63,953 nt of DNA, filler included, from Octopus bimaculoides (GCF_001194135.2; 7 parts of 6 records of this genome joined end to end with filler, not necessarily neighbours in it), one strand, 5' to 3'. Positions 23,488-35,734 are shown, counted from the whole stretch's first letter. A program made the numbers and translations. The notes: a model not told the origin generated them from the sequence alone.

Positions 23488-25569
23488 TTCTGTAGGAGGT
23501 TTTGGAATGTAACACCTGCAATAGTCAAGGGATTATTGTATACCACAAACTTCCTGTCTGAAATATTCTGAATTAAAACCTTCCATCAAAATTCCATGAT
23601 CCAAATACCAGCTTTATAATGACAAAGTTATTTTACCCGAGTCTTCGTTATTTTCAAAACCAATCAATATAGAGACAGCTTATTTCAGCAGAAAGGGTTA
23701 ACTAAAATTGTGCAAAATGATGACTTAAAAGTGCAATCTGGAATTTTAACAGTATAATTCCATAGAGAATAATTAGCTAAGATTTAGAAAGAAGTTTGAA
23801 AATAAAGATAGTGAAATATAAAATATAAAAGGATTTTTTTTTTTTTTTCTTATCTGGGACAAAAATCTGTTCACAATATTTGACTTCATTATATCAATTA
23901 GGTAAAGAGAAGCAAAACCTGTATTAATAAATAAACATTAGAAAATTATTCATAATTAAAGAACCGTGTACAACATTCTAAAAGATCTTGAAAATAGTGT
24001 AATTCTAAATAAGAGAGGGTATGTGAATAACAGTGTTCACTTTGTAATCATGTGGTCCCAAGTTCAATCTTACTGCATGGCATCTTGGGCAAGTGTGTCT
24101 TCTACTGTAGCCTCAGGCCAATCAATACCTAATGAGGAGAAATGGTAGATGGAGAAACTATACGGAAGCCTGTTGTGTGTGTATTTTGTATAGAGAGTGA
24201 TGAAATGGGTTGAGTAATGATTTAAACTTGGAAGTGAGTAGCACCAGAGTCTTATAATCTGGAATGGAAGAGAATTATAAGACTTTCAGCATGCAAAAGA
24301 AAATTTCACAAGTTTAAAAGATGAAAAATCTATAAATAACATTTGTACAAATAAACTCCCAAAATCAAAATGCAACAAAACAAATAACAATCTGCTTTGT
24401 ATATATTCTGGTTAGAAATGAACCCCATTCTGGATTTAACCCAATGAAATATCTATCAATGTAGTTAGATTTTTTTTTTTTTTAAATGGTTTCCTTAAAT
24501 ATCCAAATTATTCTAAAATCAACCAGAATCAAACAAGGCTTACATTCAGAATTGTTAGGAAATAAATAAGTGAATGCTCTGTTTAACAACGCTCTTTAAA
24601 AAAAAAAAAAAAATGGTAACAGCATTCAATAACAAGGAAATATTTTATCAAGTATTTTTTCAAGACCTGTTAGCGAGAAAAGGTTTTAGAGATAAAGCAT
24701 GTTAAATGAATTTATTAGGGAAAAAAATAATGAATTCATTTTTTAAAAATATATATGTATATATATATATATGTATAAAAAGTAGCAAAGAAATTAGCCA
24801 TGCTGTTATACTCAGAAGAGAAAGTAAATTTTTTTTTCCATATAGACCAAGAAGTGGAAGTAATATAATTGAAAAATGTACATAATATTTTCTTTTTTTT
24901 TTTTTTTACTAAGAACAGCACATCCAAAATGTTGATGGAATACCTGACATCTATAAAACTACCATGATGAAATTTTTTAAACTTGCAGAGATCTGAAAAT
25001 ACAAATAATATTATATATTTGTAGTACAAATAGCAGTCGGACTATGTTGTTTCTATGACTAACAACGAATGGAACACAGGGCTTTTTCTTTTTCTTTTTC
25101 TTTTTGTACATACAGTAAAATGAATACGAGGAACATCTGAGTGAGAATTTCTGAGGTTCTTATAGATCTAGATTCCAATACAAAAATAATAGACTTAATG
25201 CTAAATATTGGGCTAAAAGTGCTACAAACTTATTTTAAAACAATAACAATGGACTCTAGCACAAGCACAGGGTGGTACATTAGGAGAAGAAAGGGCACAG
25301 TCAGTCTATTTACTCTTTTACTTGTTTCAGTCATTTGACTGTGGCCATGCTGGAGCACCGACTTTAGTTGAGCAAATCGTCCCCAGGACTTACTCATAAT
25401 AACTGACGAATTTTTTAATTATTATTGAGTCCCAGAAAGATGTAAGGTTAAAGTCAGCAATGGCAAGATTTGAATGCAAAGCTAAATAACTAAATACTGC
25501 TGCAATGTAATTAATCTACTGCATCCGTACTTACACACACTAGACACATGCACACACACACATGTATGT

Positions 25570-25770
25570 ATATATTTATCAACCACGTGTGTATCGTTGG
25601 CGATTTTCTTCCTCCGTCTTCCCTTCCTTTGGACTTTCCTATTTCTGAAGAAGAGCTTTGCTCGAAACGTTTAATCCTCTTTCCTTCCTCTCCTGAGCAT
25701 CTGATAATACAGTACTTGTACCACGTCCTCACGTAATTGTTTTTTCTTGTTTGCTCTTCTTTGTTTGGAT

Positions 25771-25805
<35 letters not shown>

Positions 25806-25860
25806 CCAAGAAAGTTAGAGGTTGTGAACCCAACCAACTAAGGGATAATATCTATCCAAT
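25570..25860 (+). mobile_element. Penelope-like non-autonomous repeat with a hammerhead-like motif
   Basis: ctgaagaagagctttgctcgaaacgt at 25645-25670 in pyrimidine-rich context like 51144-51330. Confidence 0.45.
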
Positions 25861-26089
25861 ATACTGCTGGTAGAATACCCAATTATTATTACACAAGTGT
25901 TTTTTCATTGCATGACAATTACATTACTAAGTGTAATAAATGGGTAAGGGTAGGCATAATATGTCAAATATGTACGTATATTATTATAATTGTCCTTTTA
26001 GTAAATAAATAAACTGACATAATATAATGTCTATAAGTTGATGAATACCACCTATTGATCCCCTCCATTGTCTTATTGCGCTCTCTCTC

Positions 26090-26138
<49 letters not shown>

Positions 26139-26219
26139 TGTGTATGGATGTATGTACCATATATATGTATGTATGTATCGTGTGCATGTATTGGGGAAAA
26201 CTGTAATAAACACAAGTTT

Positions 26220-26545
26220 ATTCTGTAAAGTGGTTGGCATGAGGAAGGGCATCCAGCTGTAGAAACCATGCCAAAACAAACAATGAAACCTGTTATGGTT
26301 CCCAGCCTCACCAGTGCTTCTCAAACTATCCAACCCATGCCAGCATGGAAAACAGATATTAACTAATGATGCTGATAATATCATCATCATCATCATCATT
26401 TAACGTCTGCTTTCCATGCTAGCATGGGTTGGACGATTTGACTGAGGACTGGTGAAACCGGATGGCAACACCAGGCTCCAGTCTGATTTGGCAGAGTTTC
26501 TACAGCTGGATGCCCTTCCTAACGCCAACCACTCAGAAAGTGTAG
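26220..26545. mobile_element. Two SINE B copies tail-to-tail
   Basis: + copy 26220-26385 and - copy 26390-26545 meeting at (ATC)n. Confidence 0.8.
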
Positions 26546-26608
<63 letters not shown>

Positions 26609-27489
26609 CTTCTTTCAGTTTCCATCTGTCAAATCCACTCACAAGACTTTGATTAGTCCGGGATCTAGAAGACACTAGTCCGAGGTGCCAATCAGTGGGA
26701 CTGAAACCAAAACTATGTGATCGGTATATACCTATATAATATTCTTGGCTGTTACTCTTAGTAGATAGAGTATTTGGTAGCAGAAAGGTGATTTTCATTA
26801 TCTAATTTCCAAGTATAACGAAGAAACTTTCTCAACGATGTTTTGCTCTGACATGTGATTCTAGACCAAAGCTACTGTCAGAACCATGACTGAACATATT
26901 GCAAAACATTCTTGGTAGATCTGGCGCAATGGATATTGGTCTAGTTTTTTTCTCCGTTTTCCTTCCATGTATCACCCAATTCAAGCATGTTTTACTGGTT
27001 AGAGTATTCAGCTCACAACTGGCAGCACACTGTGTCCTTCAGCAAGAGACTTATTTTCCCATTGGTCCAGTCCACTCACCTGGCAAACATGAGTTGTACC
27101 TGTAATCCAAAGGGCCAGCCTTGTCATGCTGAATATCCCAGAGAACTATATTAAAGGTGTATGGTGTGTGTCTGTGGAGTGCTCAGCCACTTGCATGTTA
27201 ATTTCATAAGCAGGATGTTCCATTGATCAGATCAATTAGAATTCCCATCGTTACAACTGGTAGAGTGACAGTATCCAATTCAGCTCTGCAACATTTACTG
27301 TTTTCTTCTGTCACCTTCAGCCATTGTTTGCTGTCAACGTCTTCTCCTATACAACTACAATCAGCAAACCCCCCTCCCCACCACCACTTTGTTGAGTTGC
27401 CATTTGAAGAAATCCTTATAACAGAGTTTTGGACATTCTCTTCAGCTGCCTCCATATTTTAATATACACACACACACACATAAATATAT

Positions 27490-27650
27490 ACGGCAGGCTT
27501 CTTTCGGTTTCCATCTACCACATCTACTCACAAGGCTTCGATCAGCCCAAGGCTATGGTAGAAGACACTTCCCCATGGTGCCATGCAGTGGGACCAAACC
27601 CAGAACCTGTAGTTAGGAAGCAAACTTAGCACACAACCACACCTATCCAC
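27490..27650 (-). mobile_element. SINE family A, 5' half, CpG-decayed
   Basis: cagcccaagg, ccatgcag and cccagaa where younger copies read cggcccgagg and ccacgcag. Confidence 0.75.
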
Positions 27651-28413
27651 ACATATAAATTGCTCATACTGTCCTACAAGCACTTCAACACCTTCACACA
27701 AACATATATACATGTTCTCACACCCTCATTAGATTTCACACCATCCACCTCACCACCAGCACACACTTTCAGAACAGACACCTGGTTCTTTCCTTGGCCA
27801 TTTTTTAAATGTAGATGTTAATGCTAAACACCAGCTGCTTATGTTTTAATCCCACCAATCTGGGTAAACCTGCACTGGTCCTACCCCAAATAACTTATAA
27901 CGAAGATTAAAAAGCAAAAATAAAATTACTGCCTCAAACCTAATGAAGGTCAATCTTTCCATTTTAGCTTTCCAATACTGATAAAATAAACATTACTAAT
28001 ATCTTGGCAACTGATAGAATTGTTTAAATGTCTTTCCATTACATTAGTGACTAGGATGGATATATAACAAAAACAAGCAAAAACCAAGTAGTTTCTTTTT
28101 TTTCCTTCGTTTTTATAAAAGCAAGACTATAGTTTCATAATATTACCATTCTTTATTCACACTCTGTACCACCATTTCTGAATATTAATTAAACTTCAAA
28201 ACCTAGAAACTGCTATATTTAAATCTAAACTTAAAAATTTATTTAAAACTTATAAAAATCCTATCTTCCTTATTGAGATTATCTAGATGTGATTTGTATT
28301 GATTAAATATTTCTGAGACTTCATCCCTCTTGTACTTGAGACTACTATGTTAATATTTACAGTTAGAAATCTTTAAATACTTCTTTTTTTTTTTTTTTCA
28401 CTGTTGACTTTAG

Positions 28414-28490
28414 AAATGCTACAGAACTTGGGGAGAACAATAGGGAAAATTAGTAAATTAAAGATAAAGAAAAAACCTGAAATTAGAAGG
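28414..28490 (+). CDS. Gene 2 candidate exon (EMLQNLGRTIGKISKLKIKKKPEIRR)
   Basis: T-run cactgttgactttag|AA...AGG|gtaaac; phase 1 to 0, fits after 19990. Confidence 0.3.
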
Positions 28491-28503
28491 GTAAACAGTA
28501 AAA

Positions 28504-28563
<60 letters not shown>

Positions 28564-28564
28564 G

Positions 28565-28606
<42 letters not shown>

Positions 28607-29228
28607 CATATTATATTAAACTGAAGAATTTCTCAACACTTTTAGTAGAAAATATGAAGGAATTAAAGCTTTGGCTAGCCGGTCGAAACTACGAAGTCAC
28701 AATTACTCCTCTTGTAAAAGCTTAATTATACATCATGTACTCTACTAAAGGTATTGCATAATTGTTCAGTTTAATGTGAAATTGGTTTTCTATGTAACTT
28801 GACACAAAAACAAACATTAGTGTGTGTGTGTGTGTTGTTTAATGTATACAACATAGTCAACATAGTTATGAGCTACTAGCAGTTTCATTTATCGCACATA
28901 TTATCTAGACAGGTTTTAAAACACGCCACAAGTAGTCTTCAGGCTTGGAGACACTAAGCATGTTTTAAAAACTGTCTAGATAATATCTTCAATGTGTGAC
29001 AGTATTAGTAGATTATAATTATATACTGTGTACTTTAAACAATATTTATCTCTCACCACATGGAGTACTTTTTTTTTTTTTTCTTAAAAGAAAAGTAAAC
29101 TATATATATATACATATATACATAAACCAAAACACATTTCAGAGTATAACATAAATATGTAAGAAACAACAACAAGAGGGTGTTAGACTTGTTTATTATT
29201 ATGTACATGAAATAGCTGATATTCTCAG

Positions 29229-29327
29229 GTTGGTGTCAAGACATATCTGGCGGAAGACGAGAAGCTTGTGGATACAGTTAGAGCTTGTCTAAGTTTCATT
29301 GCAACTGTAGGTGTATCCAATACATAA
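29229..29327 (+). CDS. Gene 2 candidate last exon (VGVKTYLAEDEKLVDTVRACLSFIATVGVSNT*)
   Basis: ttctcag|GTT, phase 0, 33 codons; weak pyrimidine tract. Confidence 0.3.
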   Translation, partial: VGVKTYLAEDEKLVDTVRACLSFIATVGVSNT

Positions 29328-29559
29328 CGTGTACAGAAAATGAACAGAAACTTGACACTTGTTTTTCAGAAAGTTGATAGCTTTAAGAGAATTTGCAGAT
29401 GTTGAAACTTAAAACATATTATGGCACAAACAAACACCTAACTTGCAACAACCATTTAAAAAGAGATAACAGAGGAGTCACAGAGGTAAATTGTCTGTTT
29501 TCTCAAACAACAATTTTGTCATTATATAACATTTAAAAGAAAAGAATATTCAGGATGTA

Positions 29560-29977
29560 TATTCTTTTATTTGTTTCAGTCATTTTTTACTGCGGCCATG
29601 CTGGAGCACTGCCTTTAATTGAACAAACTGACCTTAGGAATTATTCTTTGTAAGCCTAGTACTTATTCGATTGGTTTCTTTTGCCAAACTGCTAAGTTAC
29701 GGGGACATAAACACACTAACATCAGTTGTCAAGTGATGGTGGGGTGTAGAAACACAGTCACAAACATATACGTATACATATATATATATATATGTATATA
29801 GATATGTATGTATATACAACGGGCTTCTTTCAGTTTCCATCTACCAAATCCACTCACAAGGCTTTGGTCGGCCTGAAGATATAGCAGAAAACACTGGCCC
29901 AAGGTGCCACGCAGTGGGACTAAACCCAGAAGCATGTGGTTGGTAAGCAAGCTACTTACCACACAGTCACTCCTGCA
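29560..29977 (-). mobile_element. SINE family A, full length
   Basis: Colinear with 2351 and 34277. Confidence 0.85.
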
Positions 29978-30149
29978 TTTTTTTTTTTTTTGTTATAAAT
30001 TTCAATAATAATTCTTAACAAACTGAACATACATAAAACATACAGCATTTAATTTTAATAGTGACTGTTTTCTTTAAAGTTTTGCCATTAAAAGTGGCTT
30101 CTCCAGTTTTAGCACCAAAACTTTGAAGTAAACAGTCACTATTAATATC

Positions 30150-30360
30150 GATTTCAAATTTTGGCACAAGGCCAGCAATTTCAGGGGAGCAAGGGTAAGT
30201 GAATTATATTGACCCAAGTGCTCAATTGATACTTATTTTATCAACCCTGAAAAGGATGAAAGGCACAGTTGACCTCATTGGAATTTGAACTCAGAGCATT
30301 ACAGCAGACAAAATGCCACTGAGCGTCTGCCATGCTAACAATTCTTCCAGCTTGCAGCCT
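30150..30360 (-). mobile_element. SINE family C
   Basis: ggatgaaaggcacagttgacctcattggaatttgaactcag. Confidence 0.7.
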
Positions 30361-30377
30361 TTTACCTTCTATGTCTT

Positions 30378-30950
30378 ACAGGTTTCAGCCAAAGGCTGGG
30401 GCCATGCTGTAGCACTGCTTGTCAATGTGTTTGGGTTTCCTTTCTCTATTGTTTTTGGTGAAGTAGCGAGTTTTGTAGCTTTGTGGCTTCATCTAGGATT
30501 TCAGATAAGAATTTGTCCAGATGCTCTTTCAAGACCTCCACATCTACACCTTGCAAATTTCTGAGGTTGTTTGGCAGAATGTTGAATAGTTGTAGGCCAG
30601 TGGTTCCCAAACGTTTTCAGGCTGCCACCCGCTTGATTCTAAGGCCACATTCCTAGTGCCCTCCCCCCCACTCACCATAACAAACAGACTATTTTCTGCA
30701 TCAAGTTCAAAACAACAGTATTTCACAAATAAAACTTAACCTAAATAACCCCTTGTTGTTTTTGTTTTTTTACATCCATTGCCCTATTTTGATCACCCCA
30801 TTATCACCCCATTTTTCTTCAAAGCCACCCTGGATCGTTCCACCACTGCCCGGAGGGGGAGGGGCAGTACCGCTCACTTTGGGAACCACTGTTGTAGACC
30901 CTAGAAACCCAAGCTGTTACAATACTGGGTCCTTATTCAAGACAGAGAAG
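30378..30950 (-). mobile_element. CR1-like LINE 3' end, split by a hAT MITE
   Basis: After removing the MITE: CNSLGF*GLQLFNILPNNLRNLQGVDVEVLKEHLDKFLSEILDE...NSLLHQ. Confidence 0.7.
30598..30891. mobile_element. hAT-type MITE (294 bp)
   Basis: TIR cagtggttcccaaa / tttgggaaccactg; 8-bp TSD ttgtaggc / ttgtagac. Confidence 0.85.
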
Positions 30951-31133
30951 CCCTTAGCCACTATTACTATTAGATGCTATTTCAACTCTACAAACAGTAT
31001 TTGAGTCATTCACTCAATGCATGATCAATGTGTCAACTACATAAAGCTATTAAATGAAGCACTGATATATAATACACACACAGAGAAAATGGTTACTATG
31101 ACTAGTTAATATAGAATCACTAGATATAGCATT

Positions 31134-31505
31134 GTGGAGGCACATGGCTCAGTGGTTAGAGCATCGAGCTTATGACCGTGAGGTCGTGAGTTGGATTCCC
31201 AGACCGGGTTGTGTGTTGTGTTCTTGAGCAAGACACTTTATTTCACGTTGCTCCAGTTCACTCAGCTGTAGAAATGAGTTGCAACATCACTGGCACCAAG
31301 CTGTATCAGCCCCTTTGCCTTTCACTTGGATAATATCAGTGGCATGGAAAGGGGAGGTTGCTATGCATGGGCAACTGCTGGTTTTCCATAAAAACAACCC
31401 TTGGTTGAGCATTCGCTGGTAAGGCAACTTTCCGCCCAGACTTGTACCCCAGAGGGGAAACCTCTTAGGTATGCCTTAGGTCATTCGTGACCGATGGAGT
31501 CAAGA
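31134..31505 (+). mobile_element. SINE family E, near full length
   Basis: ggaggcacatggctcagtggttagagc...gagttggattccc head; tail ggtcattcgtgaccga. Confidence 0.8.
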
Positions 31506-32392
31506 GAAGAGAGATACAGCATTGACTCTTTGTATTTAGTTATTCAGTAATTACCAAAAAAAAAAAAAAATTCTTCTTTCCAACAAGAATATGCTACATT
31601 TGTGTTTTATTTAAACTCATAATAAACGACACATGTTTCACCTACTGAAGTCTAATATTCTCTTCCATATAATAACAAGACTGCAGATGATGGTTTGAAG
31701 TTCTGTTTGAACAATTTAATAGAAGTGGTTTATGTGTAGGTTGGAATAAACAATGACAATCACAGAGAACTAATAAGCATTTAGTTCAGGGTTGCAGTAG
31801 ATGGGTTGCACTTAACACACACACACACACACACACATAAACCAGCTGTCACCATGTGCTCTGCATGTGACCAAGGAGGAAATGTTAAAAGCTTGTTTGG
31901 TCTTGACTGCTTCGCTAGCCACAAACTAGTCATTCATGGCAACAGCACAAAGCTGTTGTTTCTAGGTTTGTTTGCTTTTCATCTTTTATTTGGTTCAGTC
32001 ATTAGACTGCGGCCTTGCTGGAGCACAATCTTAAAGAATTTTAGTCAAACAAATCGATGCCAGCATTTATTTTGTTTACACTTGGTACTTACTTTATCAG
32101 CCTCTTTTGCTGAATGACTAAATAACAGCAATATAAACATACCAACACCAGTTGTCAAGCAGTGTTTTTAGGTCACTTTAAACAGAACCCTTGATTCAAT
32201 AACACTATATATAAACTCTGTATTTGGAATGACCAATTTCAAAGACTGTTGGATTTTACTCACAAGGTATTGGAATCTTATATGTATATCATTCTGCCTA
32301 AACAATGGATTTACAAATACAATATTCCCTACATTCACTCTCTATTTCCTATCTTATCTAAACTAACTATTGCTTAACCATTCTCTCACACT

Positions 32393-32440
32393 GTCTCCGA
32401 TGAAGGGATATAATAAATATCTTGGAAACAGCTGTAAGAC
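32393..32440 (+). ncRNA. Minimal type I hammerhead ribozyme motif (probably decayed)
   Basis: gtct-CCGATGA-agggata taataaa tatcttg-GAAA-cagctgTA-agac: 4-bp stem I, stem II, palindromic stem III ACAGCTGT, GUA site; U4C change in the core. Confidence 0.6.
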
Positions 32441-32514
32441 CTTCTATTTATAAATGTTCTATATTATACACAGCCTTGGTTTTTTTATCTCATTACGAAA
32501 AGTAGATCCTTATA

Positions 32515-32735
32515 TATAAGCGAATGCTGAAAAGTTCCTGGCTTTATGGGTATTGCAAAAGGACTAATCGGAGGCCCAACCTTCAAAGTTCTTTTAGAGG
32601 GCTCAGACAAAATGAAGGACTGCTGCAATAAGTGTGTGAATCTGAGAGGGGAATATGTTGAATAAAATCATAATTAAGTGATCCCTCTGTATTTTCTTTC
32701 ACCCAAACCCAAGAACTTTTCGCCACCCCCTCGTA
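32515..32735 (+). mobile_element. Internally deleted mariner
   Basis: tgctgaaaagttcctggc / gaacttttcgccaccccctcgTA ends; residual CNKCVNLRGEYVE* transposase C-terminus. Confidence 0.7.
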
Positions 32736-32819
32736 TGGTTCTTGTTACTTGGGAAAAACACCTAATGGTGTAAAGCTGTGGACCAGTCATTCATGTGGCA
32801 TCTATAAGACTGTATATTA

Positions 32820-32854
<35 letters not shown>

Positions 32855-33129
32855 ATGCTATACATTAGAATATATAATAGGATGTTGTTTGGAACAACAT
32901 CTTATCAACAACTGGAACAACAATTGCGCTAATCTGCATGATCAGCCAAAGTAGTTCTCTTGGAAAACACAAGACTAGCAAACAGGAGAGAATTGTTGCA
33001 TTGCCAACAGACAGTTCTACCTTGTACTGCCTTGCTTACAAAGACACGCAAGTGTATATGTATGAGTGTGTGTTTTACTTTCTCTCGCACTCAGATGTGT
33101 GTGTGCGTATCTGTAAAAATATGTGACAC

Positions 33130-33218
33130 TTATTCAGTAGCCATAAAACTCCAAGTTTCGGATGCCGGGGTGGGAACCCACGCCAACATCTCTTCAGTTA
33201 TCCGGCCATTGAAAATTC
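33130..33218 (-). CDS. Gene 3 last coding exon (GIFNGRITEEMLAWVPTPASETWSFMATE*)
   Basis: tcatttttcacag|GA, phase 1; TAA at 33130-33132; 102-nt intron upstream. Confidence 0.7.
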
Positions 33219-33320
33219 CTGTGAAAAATGACCATATGTATATGTAGCGGACACTCTAGTGAAATTCCTCTTCCTTTTATTAAATATACATACATTTGAA
33301 CGTAGCAGATAACAGCTAAC

Positions 33321-33508
33321 CTTTGGGTGCTATTTGGACCCCATTGTGTCCACCACTCTGGTTGGTTGATAGTGACACAATTTGTCTCTTACTCTGTTGT
33401 GCCAATATGTAACCTAACCAATTGCAGCCTCCAAATAAATCACGTGAGACAGTCTGTTCTAAACCCCAGGAAGGTTTTCGACTATGAGCCAACTTGATCA
33501 GAGCTGAT
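33321..33508 (-). CDS. Gene 3 exon (SALIKLAHSRKPSWGLEQTVSRDLFGGCNWLGYILAQQSKRQIVSLSTNQSGGHNGVQIAPK)
   Basis: ttgttgttttgcttcag|A...AAAG|gttagc; 188 nt, phase 2 to 1. Confidence 0.75.
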
Positions 33509-33650
33509 CTGAAGCAAAACAACAAACTATTTCTAAGGAGTTAATCAGAACAACTTTTATCTTGATTCGTCAAGATCAAGGCTGCTCTAATTCCAGATTT
33601 ACAGGAGAATTACCTTCGTTAGTTTTTACAAGAATTAATTTAGTACTTAC

Positions 33651-33670
33651 TTTGGAATTGGGAACAGTTT
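33651..33670 (-). CDS. Gene 3 20-nt micro-exon (KLFPIPK)
   Basis: ttttgttgttttcag|AAACTGTTCCCAATTCCAAA|gtaagt; phase 0 to 2. Confidence 0.65.
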
Positions 33671-33765
33671 CTGAAAACAACAAAATCTTGCATCAAAAAT
33701 GGTTCAGAAATCATACAATACATATAAACATATTTAATTTTGAATAAAAAAAATTATAAAAATTT

Positions 33766-33832
<67 letters not shown>

Positions 33833-34276
33833 AAATATGTAAATTTTATAGTAGTGAAAAGAAACAAACAAATATATACACATGCACATATAAGTATCAT
33901 CATCATCATCATTGTCATCATACCCCTGAACAAGTCTCAAGTCCTAGAATTCACTGGGCTGATTACCTGGTTTTTGTGGTATATAAGAGGCCGAAGTCAC
34001 AACAGTCCTTCCGAATGGGACATCAGTCCATCACAGAGTTACGCATTTACAGCTGAGTGGACTGGACCAGAAAATGAAATGAAGTATTTTACTCAGGAAT
34101 ATAACACACTGCTTGGTCCAGGAATTGAAACCACAATCTTATGATCATGACTGCAAACACTATAAACCAGATCACATGCCTTTATACATGTAAGTATACA
34201 CAAACCATATTTTACACCTTACAAAACACTGCATTACTAAAGAATATAAACAAGATTTGGAAAGAAAGAATATTTT

Positions 34277-34482
34277 TTACTCTTTTACTCTTTTACTTGT
34301 TTCAGTCATTTGACTGCGGCCATGCTGGAGCACCGCCTTTAGTCAAGCAAATCGACACCAGGATTTATTCTTTGTAAGCCTAGTACTTATTCTATCGAGC
34401 TCTTTTGCCAAACCGCTAAGTTACAGGGATATTAACACACCAGTATTGGTTGTCAAGTGATGTTGGGGGGACAAACACAGAT

Positions 34483-34521
<39 letters not shown>

Positions 34522-34668
34522 CATATATACAACGGGCTTCTTTCAGTTTCTGTCTACCAAATCCACTCACAAGGCTTTGGTCGGCCCGAGGCTATAGTAG
34601 AAGACACTTGCCTAAGTTGCCACGCAGTGGGACTGAACCCAGAACCATGTGGTTGGTAAGCAAGCTCC
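34277..34668 (-). mobile_element. SINE family A
   Basis: Colinear with other family A copies. Confidence 0.85.
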
Positions 34669-34789
34669 CCTTCAGTGAAATTTTTCTTCTTGAAAATTAG
34701 CCATGCCAAAATTTCATGTAATCAGTACAATAAGCTAGATCATTATGGTGCAATTATTCCCCATATTAAAATAAATTTGTTTGAAATTT

Positions 34790-34823
34790 TAAAGTGTTTC
34801 CATTATTTTGTCCAACCCCTGTA
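34790..34823. mobile_element. Tc1-like terminal inverted repeat remnant
   Basis: tgtttccattattttgtccaacccctg|TA. Confidence 0.45.
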
Positions 34824-35514
34824 TATCACTTTACAGCAGTATTAACGATACTAGTTAAAGCCATTTTCAGTTCTTAAAAATATTCATAATCTTAAAGTAA
34901 TTAGATTATACAGTATATGAGAAAGTGTTTTGAGTAAATCCTTAAACAAATCCCTTTCCTTCATCCATCATTTTGTCTTGATAGTTGCAGGGAGATTTTC
35001 CAAAGTATTTCCAAGAAAGAAAAATGAACAGTAACATGTAAAATGTACCCAGTCCACTCAACAGGGTGGTTGGTGTTAAGAAGGGCATCCAGCCATAAAA
35101 ACCATGGCAAAACAGACAGTGAAGCCTGATGCAGTCTTTTGTCTAGCCAGCACCTGTCAAACTGTCCAACCCATGCCACCATGGAAAGTGGACATATGAT
35201 GATGATAATGACGATGATGATGATAATGACGATGATGATGATAATGACGATGATGATATACATGTATGCATGAACATGTGTATTGACATTGCAGTAAACA
35301 AAGAAAATAAAGAATGTTAAACTTGATTTGGTGGTGTTTGATGATATCCATTGGTTACCAATTTACTTTTTAGTCTTGAGAGAATAATCAAAAATACTAA
35401 ACACTATACAGGAATTTTGTTCAAAGAGGAATCAGTTAAAGCTTGCAGTATAATGATAAAAATGTATGTTGGTCTGTGAAGTTGTTTATTGAATTGGGTG
35501 AGTAGAGAGTTTAA

Positions 35515-35734
35515 TCCTTAAGTATTTAAACTGGCCGTATCCAACCCAAATATTCTTCCGGTTTTATGCTCAAACTGGCCAGATCCGGCTTCTCTCACCT
35601 ACCCTACAATGTCATTCTAAAACTATACAATCACATCATTGAAATCTTTAAACTCCGAGATGATGTATGGTTAATTCAAAACAATGTGAATAAATAAGCA
35701 TTTCATTTGACAGAGTAACCAGAATGCTAAAAGG
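35515..35734 (+). mobile_element. piggyBac-type MITE, diverged copy
   Basis: Colinear with 22628-22849. Confidence 0.75.

Noticed and set aside
28620-28750. CpG-retaining stretch with two open + frames and a donor at 28750
   Set aside because: Every frame hits a stop before the donor, and there is no good acceptor.
29222-29306. - strand terminal exon VAMKLRQALTVSTSFSSSARYVLTPT* followed by AATAAA
   Set aside because: It overlaps the + strand candidate and has a weak acceptor. I cannot choose between them from sequence alone; kept only as an alternative.
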